A DNA stretch of 64,000 nucleotides from Azolla caroliniana. Taxonomy: Eukaryota; Plantae; Polypodiophyta. The stretch covers positions 13,702,001 to 13,766,000 of the forward strand of contig JBHGNT010000016.1 in assembly GCA_043228905.1 (NCBI GenBank). Direction: 5' to 3'. Below the pieces are notes generated by a model that was not told the DNA's origin, did no database searches, and was given only the letters and a program-made list of their open reading frames with translations. Both the position numbers and the translations under genes were made by a program. Below are positions 12,703 to 24,603 of this stretch, one piece after another (the first letter of the stretch is position 1; every line of letters starts with the position of its first letter).

Positions 12703-13870
12703 TTGATTTTTTATTTCAAGTGGTTCGTTCCTCCATATCCTAGAGTGTTGAACTTTGTAAAGTTTTGCGAGACAAAGCAGGACTTTAATGACATATATGG
12801 TCTGTGGCTAGAGGGTATTGACCTTGGTGTCCTAACAAATAAATTGATTAGTGATGTAGATTGGTTGTTGGTCTATAAAGGGCCTAGAGTGAAAGGCTAG
12901 GTGAAGCTCAACCATGTATGATTGGAACTGTATGACGACTACATGAGGCTCCACCAGAAAGTACATAAAGAGATCCCGATCAATAACGAGTTTTCTATTG
13001 CATTCGCCAGCGCTTTTGCATACGAGTATTGCAAAACAACGAAGGAAGCAACAAACCTTGAAATGTATAGGATAGGTTGGGCTATTTATGGTGAGGCATC
13101 GGTAGAACGATGATGCTAGAAGATGGGGAGCTTGCAACAAACAATGGCAAGATTCTGGAGCATGGGAGTTGATGATGCTACTGCCGACTCCTAGCAAACC
13201 TGCAAGTATACACCACACCGAAACACAGAAAAGCCAATGTCGATGATACAGGTGAGACATTGATTAGTTATATGCTGAAAAAATGTCCATCAATCCCATG
13301 AGACATTGAAGGCAACAAAGATTGATTTAGAGAAAGCAACATTGACTGCTACGATGGAGAGCAAAGTCACTTTGATAGTGACAACAATAAAAAATAAGAT
13401 TCAGGTAGCTATTTTTTTGCTAGTATGTAACATGTTATAAATAACTTGTACATGAAAATGTGCTTAGTAAGGCATTATGTGGAACAGGTTGCTCAACATG
13501 AGCTCGAAATTGAGGGGCCACTAGATCCCTAGAGGAAAATACAGTTGCAAATAGAGATCCAAGTTCTTTCAATGAACATGGATCTTCTAGGTGTAAATAT
13601 TGTTGTTGATTACAATTTGAAGAACCTCCAAGTAAGTTAATGATTCTTGTTTCTTGTTGTTCTATCTTCCAGGTTAAGTAATGATAAATCTGTAAATTTC
13701 TCGGCTATGTTCTAGGAACAAAACTCCCATCAAGAATAGGTAGTTAGTTGCCTTAAGAGCAGCTACATTTTGTGGAGGGGATGGTAAGGAGTAGACAAGA
13801 ATTGGACCTCAACATTCTTGCTCCCTTAGCAAACAACGGAGAGCCAGGCAACGATATATTGATTGTTCCA
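12703..13870 (+). pseudogene. Decayed, probably spliced ORF of unknown function between the palindrome arrays
   Basis: Protein-like broken frames (FKWFVPPYPRVLNFVKFC...; IAFASAFAYEYC) and GT...AG intron-like segments near 13404-13487 and 13632-13716. Confidence 0.4.
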
Positions 13871-14061
13871 GCATGTTGCATTGCTTGCGTCTTAGACGTA
13901 GAGGACAAAACTGCTACTCTATTGGTACACCTACAACCATGCTAGCACACATACCATATCATTTATTTTCAATTTTCCTATCGCATTACTCTTGCAATAA
14001 AGCTCTCCCAGATGAGTGGAGAAAACTAACAGGTAAATTTCCTGCTTGTCTTTATGGTGTA

Positions 14062-14775
14062 GTAGCTAATTAGCTAAGTTGTATAAAGTGTGGTAGCTAT
14101 TTGGCTGTTATGGTTCAATAGTATAGTAGTTAATTAGCTAAGCAATATAAAATGTTTTAGCTAATTAGCTAATGTGGTAGCTAATTAACTACAACCATAC
14201 TTATGTACCATAGCTAATTAGCTACTGCCATACTTAAGTAGAATAGCTAATTAGCTATTGCCATACTTAAGTAAAATAGCTAATTCGCTACTACCAACCT
14301 ATAGTGTAGCAGCTAATTAGCTAAGTGGTAGCTAATTAGCTACTGCTAGTGTATAGTGTAGCAGCTAATTAGCTACTACTAACCTATAGTGTAGCAGTTA
14401 ATTAGCGACAAGGTAGCTAATAGGTAAGTGGTAGCTAATTAGCTACTACCATTCTTAATTAGAATAGTTAATTAGCTACTACTAGCCTATAGTGTAATAA
14501 CTAATTAGCTACCTTGTAGCTACTTAGCTACTACCATACTTAAGTAGAATAACTAATTAGCTAGGATGTAGCTAATTAGCTACTGCCATACTGACGTAGA
14601 ATACCTAATTAGCTACTACCAACCTATAGTGTAGTAGCAAATTGGCTACAAGATAGCTAATTAGCTACTATAATAGTAGAATAGCTAATTAGCTAAGATG
14701 TAGCTAATAAGCTACTGTGAATCTATAGTCTATTGGCTAATTAGCTAAGTAGTATCAAGAGTGGTAGGTAATTAG
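14062..14775. repeat. Array of TAGCTAATTAGCTA palindromes (right), ending at an LTR
   Basis: Dense copies alternating with CTATAGTGTAG and CCATACTTAAGTAG sub-motifs. Confidence 0.9.
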
Positions 14776-15436
14776 TGTTAAGGATCTATGTATCGATGGA
14801 GTAAGCTCCTCGATGTCGTGGCGAGATTCGGACCGGCGTATACCCTCTCGATGGCGAATCGGGCGGAGATGGTTGTCGGATACCTCTGAGCCTCACACTC
14901 ACTTAACGATTAGTAAATGATTGAGCATGATATCTTTCTCACTCTCTGAAGCTCTCTCTCATAGACAATAGGTTAATAGATCTAGACAATAAGAAGGAAG
15001 AGTATGTTTATTAACCCTCTTTACTAAGAGGTCTAGGACCAACAAGGAGAGAGATTAGTGTTCTCTAACTAAACACCTCACTAATCTCTCTTAAGCTCAA
15101 AGGTTACAGTATGCCGTTCCGGATCCGGACCGATCCCGAACAGGTGCGGATGGCACCGTTTTGTACTACAAACCGGAAACCTATTTAAAGGCCCGGATAC
15201 AATGTAATGAGGAGCGGATAATTAATGAAGCTTAGTGTTTTATCTCTTTGTGTTAATTGCCGTTCTGCATTCATTGTTATATCTTACGTGTGGGATTATT
15301 AAGGACGATCTTGCTAAGTAACTTAATTAAGTCGGATTAATTGTTGAGCCTAATCCTCTTGCCGTAACACCCCTTTGGTGAAGTGTCTTCCGTAGACACC
15401 CTGTGTTAGGCCATTGTCCGGCCCTAAGAGTTAACA
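14776..15436 (+). repeat. 5' LTR
   Basis: 6-bp inverted termini TGTTAA/TTAACA, followed by TGGTGACCAC at 15444 (tRNA-Arg-like, uncertain). No second copy in the window. Confidence 0.65.
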
Positions 15437-15489
15437 TAGTTTTTGGTGACCACGATTCCTGTTTTTGCAGCGAACGACGGCATGAATGC

Positions 15490-18400
15490 ATGACTAGATC
15501 AATGCACGACCTGGTTACAGATCGAACTCGACGCCTTGCCGAAAGGCAAAGGAGACGTGAGGCTTTCCAGCAAGTGGCACAGGAAATTAGAGCGGATCGC
15601 TCGTTTTCCAACGTAATCCGGAGAGTAGCGGAGGAGTTCCTCTGGTTACAGCAAACATCGCACCCGGACGACGGCAGCAACCTAAGCAGCCTCCGGGAAA
15701 CCGAATCCCTTCTCCAGGCGTTGGCAAGCGGAGAAGGCGAAGCAGAAGCCTTTTTAGCGTATGAATCGGATTCTGAAGGGGGATACAACGGGCACACGAA
15801 CTACCGTAGCAGCAACGACACCTCGGGCGGACCGGAGGACGAAGGATCGGACACCTTACCGACACCGGAACCGGAAGTGCTAAGGCTGGAACCTCCGGAA
15901 CCAGAAGCAGAGGAAGAGCGACCTCCGACACCGGAAGTTGAGGAGGAGAGGCCTCCGTCACCAAAAGAAGAGGAAAGACCACCGACGTCAGAGAAAAACC
16001 AGGAACGACCATCAACACCACCAGCCCGCGCACCGATACCGGACGACGACATGTCGTTGCAGTACTCCAAGTATAGAGATGATCCGGACGCGGAAGCTCA
16101 TGTTCACGCCTTTGAACAGACATGGGAAGCAAACCATGTGTCCCAGCGACTGACCCCGGAGGAAGAGGAACGCTCTAAGATAGCGGAATTTGGCGTCCCA
16201 TTGGAGGGACCGTCAGCAAGATGGCGCCGGACGCAGGACCCGTCTACCATCACCACCTTCGCAGATTTAAAAGCTAAATTCTTGCATTTTTTCCAAAAGG
16301 AGGTGGACCAAACAGTAATGGTGGGCTTGTTTTATACCATCCGACAGGAGGCAGGGGAGAGCATTCCCCAGTTTGTCATCCGGTTTCAACGGATGCATAG
16401 TCAGCTTGCCCGCGCACCCCTAGAGGAGGAATTACGGACTATATTCCTAAATGCGCTCCAAGAACACCTATGCACGGTTTGCACGGTAATTGACTTCCGC
16501 GCAAGTACCATCGACCAGGTCATTGACCGGGTGAGAGAGATGGAAAAGACAAGCTCCTAGCTCACACTGGGAGCACTCCAACGGGCGTTACCGTCGGATG
16601 AAGACCTCCGGTTTCGGCAAGCAATACAGTGCACAACCTGCTTGAATTCCGGACACTCGGCACTAGAATGCACTATGAGGACACAATGTGTAATCTGTCA
16701 ATCCAAGGGTCATACGACGGATAGGTGCGAGTATAATCTATTGAACCGGCAAGCACCGCCCGTTCGACAAATAGAGCCAAGCAGCAGCCATGATGAAGAA
16801 GAGGAACACTGGTGGCGAATGGACCGATACCGACCGACACAGGATGTCCGGTATGGCGATCGACGGGAGAACGATGTCTGGTACGATGATCGACGAGATA
16901 ACTACGACCGGCACGATAGAAATGATCGGTACCGGGATTACAATAGAAGATACGAACATTACGACCAGGAGCACTCCCCCGGGTATCGTCGACAACGGGA
17001 GGAATACGGCAGATATAACGACCAACCTCATCAAGAGTACTGCAATAAGAAGAACTATAACAAAAAACGGCATTTCAAAAAAGGCGGCCAACCACGGGAT
17101 CCAGAACAAGGAGCTTCAAGCAGCCAACCGGCCCAAAACCCCGCGCTTGCCACAGGACCTGCCCCGGGTACAAAAAACAATGCCGAATCCAGCAATACCC
17201 GGAAAGCCTACTGCTACTACTGCCGACAGGAAGGCCATTATAGTAATCAATGCCCGGTGAAGAGCTATGACAAACGACCGATAGTAAATATGGTAGTCCC
17301 TGAAGTGGCAGATCTGCAGCAGGTGACCACAAGGTCGAAGGGCATGGCCAAGGAATGGGAGACGCAGGAGACCATCTGGAAGCAAGCGACGGAATGGGTG
17401 AAGAAAGCAAACGGGCAAAACGTAACAGACTTAGAGCGGCAAAAAGAGAACACCGTAGGGCTTGCCAGCGGCAGTCACTCCGAGAACGAGACATGGCAGG
17501 CGTTGCAAGAATGCCAGATTACGCTTCCACTAGGAAGACTCCCACAGCTCGTGCCAAGATTCACGGAAGGACTGAAGACAACCATGACGGAAGGAGAATC
17601 ATCACCGGCACCGGTACTCTTCTCGAATCCGGAGGAGCGACCAACGGTGGTGGACACCAACAGTCCGGTAATTACTGCCATTGTAAAAGGGAAAGAACTC
17701 CCCGGCACATGAATAGACGGAGGCTCCGGTGTGAATGTAATAAGCCTCCGGACGTGTGATGCCCTGGGAATCCACGAGTGGGAGCCGTGTCCGTTCTGGT
17801 TACGGATGGCCGATACAAGCTCAGTGCGGCCGACAGGATTAATACGAAAATTAGAAGTCACCGTTGGCGGCCATACATTTTACATCTCGGCAGTAGTGCT
17901 ACAATTACAGGCACAAGGCGCGTACCCGCTATTGCTGGGGCGGCCATGGTTGAAAACAACACATATCAAACAGAATTGGAGTAAAAATATAATTACCTTC
18001 TGGCGAGGAAAAGCCAAGGTATGTGTACCAACACAGCCAAGGACGAGCATTGGCAAGGAATGTACACCGTTGTATGCAGAGTGCGTCAACATGCTAGAAG
18101 GGTTAGCTGACGAAGAAGAAGCTCAGTACTTGCAGGAAAACCCGAAGATCGTACCCCTCTTCGAAATTCACATTGCCGAAGCAGTAGCACCATACTTACC
18201 GCAACCGGAAGAGACTGAAGCAGAACTGGATAAGGATGCAATCCGAGAGCTACGGCAAGTGCAGGAAGCGTTGGAACGGGAAATGGCCGTTTCACAGCGC
18301 GTAAAAGCGTCGCAACTTGAAGAGATGAACCTAGGGACCACGGACGAAGCAAAACTGGTGCACATCGCCAAGGAGATGAAGTCCGAAGACAAAACGACGA

Positions 18401-19216
18401 TGATCACACTTCTCACGGAATTTTGCGACGTGTTTGCCTGGTCATACGAAGACATGCGAGGGCTCGACCCTCAGTTATACCAGTATCAGATTCACTTGAG
18501 CAAGGACGCAAAACCAGTGGCACAAAGACGGTACCGGATGAATCCCAATTATGTTGCCAAAGTCAAGGAGGCAATCGACAAACTACTAAGAGCTGGCTTT
18601 ATCCGTCCGGTAAAGAAAGCGACATGGCTGAGCCCGATCGTAGTCGTACCGAAGAAGAACGGAAAAATTCGAGTTTGTGTGGACTACCGGAAACTCAATG
18701 CGGCTACAGTAACGGATGTGTTTCCACTTCCGTTCACAGATGGAGTGTTGGATGTTGTCGCCGGCCATGAGGTCTATAGCTTTCTAGACGGATTCAGCGG
18801 GTATAATCAGATCCGGATGCACCCCGACGACCAAGAGAAAACGGCTTTCGTCACCGAATGGGGGGTGTTTGTGGCCGTGGTGATGATGTTCGAACTCAAA
18901 ACCGCACCAGCAACATTCCAACAAATCATCATGGAAATCTTTGGTAAATATATCCCGGCTTTTATGCAGGTTTTCCTTGACAATTTCGCCGTCTATAGCC
19001 GGGAAGAGGACCATTTCCAGCACCTCCGTCTTTGTCTAGAAAAGTGTAGAGCGTACCGGCTAAGCTTGAATCAGGCGAAGTGTGTATTTGGCGTGTCCAG
19101 TGGAACCCTACTAGGACATATTGTGAGCAAGGAAGGCATTGCAGTCGACCCAGACAAAGTGAAAGCCATATTAGAAGCACCGGCACTAGCAACGGCAAAG
19201 GCATTGAGCCGGTTCT
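15490..19216 (+). pseudogene. gag-pol: gag-PR-RT in one frame with two nonsense stops
   Basis: Three CCHC knuckles, EEERPPTP repeats, IDGGSGVN protease, CVDYRKLN, DGFSGYNQI, FLDN. Stops at 16558 and 17710. Confidence 0.9.
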
Positions 19217-19229
19217 GGTGCCCGTTTCT

Positions 19230-19950
19230 GTTCACCTTGGTGTACCTGTCTTAAGAAGTCGCGTTCGGGGAGGCGAAGGCGCTCAAGTTGGTCTGGGAGA
19301 GTTATCTTGCGGAAGCGTTCCTGACAACGTATGAAGGGGGGAGGGGTTCGACGCTGAACTTTGCACACAAGTAGCGGGTGAGGAACCACGCGAAATTGGC
19401 TGTCGATTTGGGCCGTGTGTGCCATTCTCGGACTCCATGGACAAGCTCATGAGCCCACTGGACCAGTTGCGGGTCATGTGCGCACTTGAGGTACTCGCTG
19501 GTGATACGGGCGGTGGCATCGGTAGATGCAGTGTCGCCGATTTGGGCAGTTGCGCTACAACGGTCGTGGAGATGGAAAGGGATTTCGGTGTAACGCCAAC
19601 CTTCACGTCCAGAATATTCAGCGTAGGCGGCAGGAATGATGCCGGGGACAACCCTAGGGGTCCTTGTGGTGCGGAAGGGGGCGCCATCAAGAGGTAAATG
19701 CAACGTAGCGCAAACGTCGGCTGCGGTAAACTGGAATGCGACAAGGGGGAAATCCGCGAAAGCCTGCATATTGACGTGGCCCTTGTCGGGGTTATACCCG
19801 GTGAGGAAGCGGTTGACCAGCTCGGGTAGGAAGCCCCACGGCCCGATCCCGAGGAAGAACTTGAAGCCAAGTCATGACAAGGTGGCGAACATGTTAGGTT
19901 CAAGGTACTTGAGCTGCGTGGCGGCCGTGGGAACCCGGTAAGTACATCGG
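19230..19950 (-). pseudogene. Extra sense-strand ORF downstream of pol
   Basis: Frame of ORF 19302-19769 extends upstream through one stop (GFLPELVNRFLTGY), resembling the PELVxEFY motif of plant retrotransposon extra ORFs. Confidence 0.5.
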
Positions 19951-20128
19951 GTGTTATTGAACACCGTTGTAATGACTAAGGAACCGCACCCTACGTCGGG
20001 GTAGTATGCGTGGAGGAGTTTGATGAATTGAGGAGACGTCATCGTTTGCAACCTGTTGGGAAAAGATTAGTATAGTTAAATTCGGTGACGAATCCCGAGG
20101 GGTAGCAGGAGGGATATTGTTCGATGGG

Positions 20129-20822
20129 TTAGCCCCTTCGAACATGTGTGGTTCTAGGAGTTGGGCTCCTCCGACAATGTGTGGTTCGAGTTAGGCTCCT
20201 CGAACAATGTGTTTTATTTATTATTTTCCTTCAATTCGTGTTCTTTAATTTATTTGTAATTCATTTACTTTACTTTTAAGTAAATCTAAATGTGATTTTC
20301 CCTCGTTTCCCCGTTTTTGGGAGGGAAGATATTAATGTTTGTTTTGAGTCACTATCTATTTACTTATTATGTCCAATTATCCTACCTCCTCGAACAATGT
20401 GCGGTTCGAGGAGTTAGGCTCCTCGAACATGTGTGGTTCGAGTAGTTAGGCTCCTCGAACAATGTGTGGTTCGAGCAGTTAGGCTCCTCGCACGTGTGTG
20501 GTTCAAGGAGTTAGGCTCCTCGAATAATGTGCGGTTCAAGGAGTTAGGCTCCTCGAACGTGTGTGGTTAGAGGAGTTAGGCTCCTCGAACAATGTGTGGT
20601 TCGAGGGGTTAGACTCCTCGCACGTGTGTGGTTCAAGGAGTTAGGCTCCTCGAAAAATGTGTGTGGTTTGAGGAGTTAGGCTCCTCGAAAAATGTGTGTG
20701 GTTTGAGGAGTTAGGCTCCTCGCACGTGTGTGGTTCGAGGAGTGAGGCTCCTCGAAGAACGTGTGGTTCGCGGAGTTAGACTGCTTGGACGTGTGTGGTT
20801 CGGGGAGTTGGGCTCCTCAAAC
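20129..20822. repeat. Tandem array of 31-33-bp hairpin units
   Basis: Unit TGTGGTTCGAGGAGTTAGGCTCCTCGAACA; about 3 copies, then an AT-rich gap, then about 14 copies. Confidence 0.95.
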
Positions 20823-20844
20823 ACTATGTGGGTCCAGGAGTTAG

Positions 20845-21102
20845 AAGACGAAAGAAGAAAGGAAGAAGAAAGAAGGAAAAAATAAAAAAATAAAAAAAAC
20901 GTAAAAAATAAATAACTAAAAATAATAATAATAATAATTCATAAATAATAAAAAATAATAAAAATAAAAAATAAAAAATAGAAAATAAAATAATAAAAAT
21001 CATAAAAATCATAAAAAATAAAAATAAAAATAAAGAATAATAGGCATTAAAAATAAGAAAATAAATAAATAAATAAATAAAAATATTAAAAATGAAAAAT
21101 AA
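20845..21102. repeat. A-rich low-complexity tract (U-rich on element sense strand)
   Basis: (AAAAT)n-like sequence. Confidence 0.9.
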
Positions 21103-21517
21103 ACCACGGCAACAAGGGGACAACCGAAGGGAAAGCGAGGCCGGGAGGGCAAGGAGTAATCGACGAAAAACATTCGAATACCAACGATAATTAAGAAACT
21201 GCGAGGTGGATAAGGTTGGCATACGGGCGGGAGGGCTGAATGGGGGCCCACGGGGGATGTGGTGAGGGATTGGGGAAATTAAGAGCTTTTGGGAAACCTT
21301 GAGGGGGCAAATGATGGGGGAGTGTCACTTGAGTATCGTGTGAGGTTCTGGGCCCGTCATGTTTAAGGACCCAGACCTGCGACATGTTTGTTAAGGGGAT
21401 GGGGAGGATTTGTGAAGCCTTTCTATGGGGTGTTTGGCCTCTCAGTTGTTTAGGCTTGTCGATTCCTATGGCTTTAACCTGGGCAAGATATAGGATTGAT
21501 GTGTGTGATTTTCGGTT

Positions 21518-22095
21518 GTCCCATGCGGGCGTGGTATGATCATGACTAGGGAGCCGACTTCGTTTCGGGACCCAAAAGCTAGTGGCACCTTTGTGCCAAC
21601 CTTGTGCAGTTGTGAGTGTCTTTTGGATTCACCAAATGGTAGGTTTTCCACAACGCCATCCATCCGCAAAAATAGTGTGAACGTTCACCCATTCCCGTTG
21701 TTTGGGTGTCTGCGTTCTGATGTTAGCGTTGCACTGGTCCTAGACGGCCGTAGGTGTTGGCATTTTGTTTGGTTGAGCAACTCTGCGCCTTGGGGTTCAC
21801 CGAGGTCCCATGCAGGGGTGGTCCGATCGCAAGCGGGGAGCCGGTTCCGTTTCGGGACCAAGAAGCTAGTGGTGCCATTGTGCCAACCTTGTGCAATTGT
21901 GAGTATTTTTCTGACTCGCCACACAACATGTTCCCCGCAGCGTGGGCTGTCAGCGAAAATTGCATGGACGTTCACCCATTCCCGTGGTTTGGGTGTCCGT
22001 GTTCTAATGTTAGTGTCGCGCTGGTCATGGACGGCTAGTGGGTGTTGGTGTGGTGTTTGTTTGGGCAACTCCACACTTTGGGGATCATCGAGGTC
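21518..22095 (-). repeat. Two diverged 288-nt (96-codon) repeats in the integrase C-terminal extension
   Basis: Offsets of 287/288 nt between matching motifs; both copies encode EWVNVH-x-IFAD...LT-x-AQGWH-x-G-x-TSF-x-VPKR. Confidence 0.8.
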
Positions 22096-22356
22096 ATTGG
22101 GATGTGATTTGAGTGTTGTTGCGACAAGGTCCTTGGACTTCAGTCCATCTCCTGTGTCGATTACTGCCGTCAAAGGCATGTCGTCGACGCAACATCATAG
22201 TTGTATTGTTCCGTCATTGGAGTTGGTCGCCTTAGCCATGGCTGCCGGATGGGTGTGTCCTTGTCGCTTAAATTCCGCTTGCGTATTGCGCAGGTCAGTT
22301 TCGAGCCGGGTCATTCGGCCTTCGGAGGCCTTAAGTTTGGCTTCTACCTCTCGTTG

Positions 22357-24538
22357 TTAAGTCGTGAGTAGAGCCTCGAGTGTAAGGGGTCCATAGTAAC
22401 GTTTGAGCTTGCTCCCATTTATGAATCGGAGGATGTCAAAACCTTCAAGCGTGCGTAGGCGACATGCTCCTGTCTTCGTAATCTCTGAAACCACATATAA
22501 GCCTTCACCCCGTAACTTAAGCTTCTTCTTGTGTCGTTGAGAGGAGAATTTGAGGGCCATGTCTCCTTCAACGAGGTCTTTGTTCTTGACTTTATTGTCG
22601 TGCCACACCCTTCTATTGGCTTTCTCTGCCAAGAGTGCATGGAATGCGAGAAGGCGAGTTTCTATCACTCGTTCTAGGCTCTCTAGACGTGACGGGAGGG
22701 GGTCCCCGTCCCATCGTTCTTGTACGGTGATCTTGAGGCTGGGGACCAGGAACTCAATGGGTAATATTGCTTCTTGCCCGTACACTAGTTTCAATGGTGT
22801 GTGGCGAGTTGCGACATAGTTGGAAGTGCGGAAAGCCCATAATGTTGCTTGGAGTTTGGTGCTCCAATCAGACCGTGAGGCGGCGATTATCTTTGTGAGC
22901 ACTGCACATAACACCTTATTCGTGCTTTCCGCTTGTCCGTTGCATTGAGAGTAATAAGGAGAACTTTTGCGGTGTGTCACCATAAATTCGCCTAGTAAAT
23001 GTGCTATCACTTCGTTGAGGAAATGCAAGCCTTGGTCACCAATGATTTCGAGCGGACATCCAAACCATACTATGACATTTTCATATAGGAATTTGGCGGT
23101 ACTACACGCATCGGCGTTAACGCAAGCTTTAGGTTTGACCCACTTGGTAGCGTAGTCGGTGGCGGTTATTATGTATCGGTTGAGGTTGGAAGTTGGGCTG
23201 ATTGGGCCGATAAAGTCAATACCCCATTTCTCGAACGGTTGCAATGCCACCACCGAATTTAACGTATTGAAATCCGCTTTTAGTGGGTGTTTGAAACGTT
23301 GGCACTCATCACAATGGTGTACGTACTCGTATGTGTCTTTGAAGAGTGTTGGCCACCATAGGCCGGACTGGAGGATCTTGCGTGCTATGGTCTCTTGATT
23401 GAAATGACCACATCTGCTCTTGCAATGAACTGGTTCGAGGGTGGCGACGACGTCATGGTTTGTTACACACCTCCGAAGTAGATCGTCGTTACCTCGGCGG
23501 TACAAGTGGCCACGGAGCATCGTGAACGGGCCACATTTCTTTAACAAAACACGTGCGTGTGCCCGGGGTAGTTGTTTTAGGAAGGACGCTCCTTCAGTTA
23601 GGACGCGAACGATGTCTGATGCCCATGCTGGTACGTTGTTGATCGCGTATAATGCTACATCTTGTATTTCATCGTCGAACCCAGTGGCTTCTTCTCCGTT
23701 GGGTATCCGAGAGAAATGATCGGCAAGTACATGGTCTTTTCCTTTTCTCACCACTACCTTGAAGTCGAACTCGAGTAGCGTTACGATCCATCGTGAGATG
23801 CGTCCGATGGCGTGAGTTTTGTTTACTAAGTAGAGTAGGGCTTGATGATCTATGAAAAATGAGAACCGAGACGCCAAAAGGTAGTGGCGGAATTTCTTTA
23901 TGTTGTAAACCATGGCCAAAGCCTCCCATTCCGTCTTGGAGTAATTTCGTTCCACGGCATTCAGTTGGTGACTAGCGAAGGTGACCGGTAGGTTGAGTGC
24001 CCCTTCACCGGGTTGAGCTAGCACCGCACCAATCACAAAGGCAGAAGCGTCGGTGTGAACATGGAATTCTTTGGTCCAATCTGGGGACCAGAGAATGGGG
24101 TCCTTAGTTAGGCACTCTTTCAAGAGCTTGAAGGAGGGTGTAGAGCGGTCTAGCCTTGTCTGCGAACATCTTAATGAAGCGTTTATACTAACCTGCATAT
24201 CCCATGAACCCTTGTAGAGGTTTTTCGTTCGTGGGGGTTGGCATGTCAAGGATGAGTTTTACCTTTGCCTCATCGGTTGAGATCCCATGGCAGGACACGA
24301 CGTGCCCTAATATTAATCCGTGCTTGACCCAGAACTGACACTTGAGTGTGTTGAGAGAGAGTTGATAAGTCCTGCATTTTTCGAACGTCAAATAGAGTAG
24401 CGCCAAGTGGTCATGCCATTTCAAATGGCAACATAAGTTGTCAACATAAGACTCTACCCCTTGTCGTAACCTTACTGCGAAGATATGGTCTGCCGCTCTT
24501 TGGTAGTTGCTCAAGGCACTCCTGAGCCCGAAAGGCAT
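22357..24538 (-). pseudogene. pol: pol fragment (RT C-terminus, RNase H, integrase)
   Basis: ORFs 24188-24538 and 22357-24249 carry the canonical motifs. Confidence 0.92.
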
Positions 24539-24603
24539 CTCGAGTGGATGCTCGCGGGGAGACCTTGATCTTGGTATTTTAAATTGTGCGCTACTCGTTG
24601 GGC

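Larger units (their letters stand above)
14776..19216 (+). mobile_element. 3'-truncated non-chromoviral Ty3/gypsy (Athila/Tat-like)
   Basis: LTR TGTTAA...TTAACA, PBS-like TGGTGACCAC, single gag-pol frame that ends just after RT. Confidence 0.9.
19217..24540 (-). mobile_element. Internal fragment of a Ty3/gypsy element (RT end, RNase H, IN, long 3' region with extra ORF)
   Basis: MPFGL...YVDN; HTDASAF; WGIDFIGPI; DQGLHF; NGQAESTNK. No LTRs retained. Confidence 0.88.

Noticed and set aside
20129-20822. CRISPR-like array of palindromic 31-33-bp repeats
   Set aside because: Units are head to tail without unique spacers, there are no cas genes, and the array lies inside a eukaryotic retrotransposon.
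20824-21251. Hydrophobic membrane- or env-like ORFs
   Set aside because: They are translations of a T-rich low-complexity tract.
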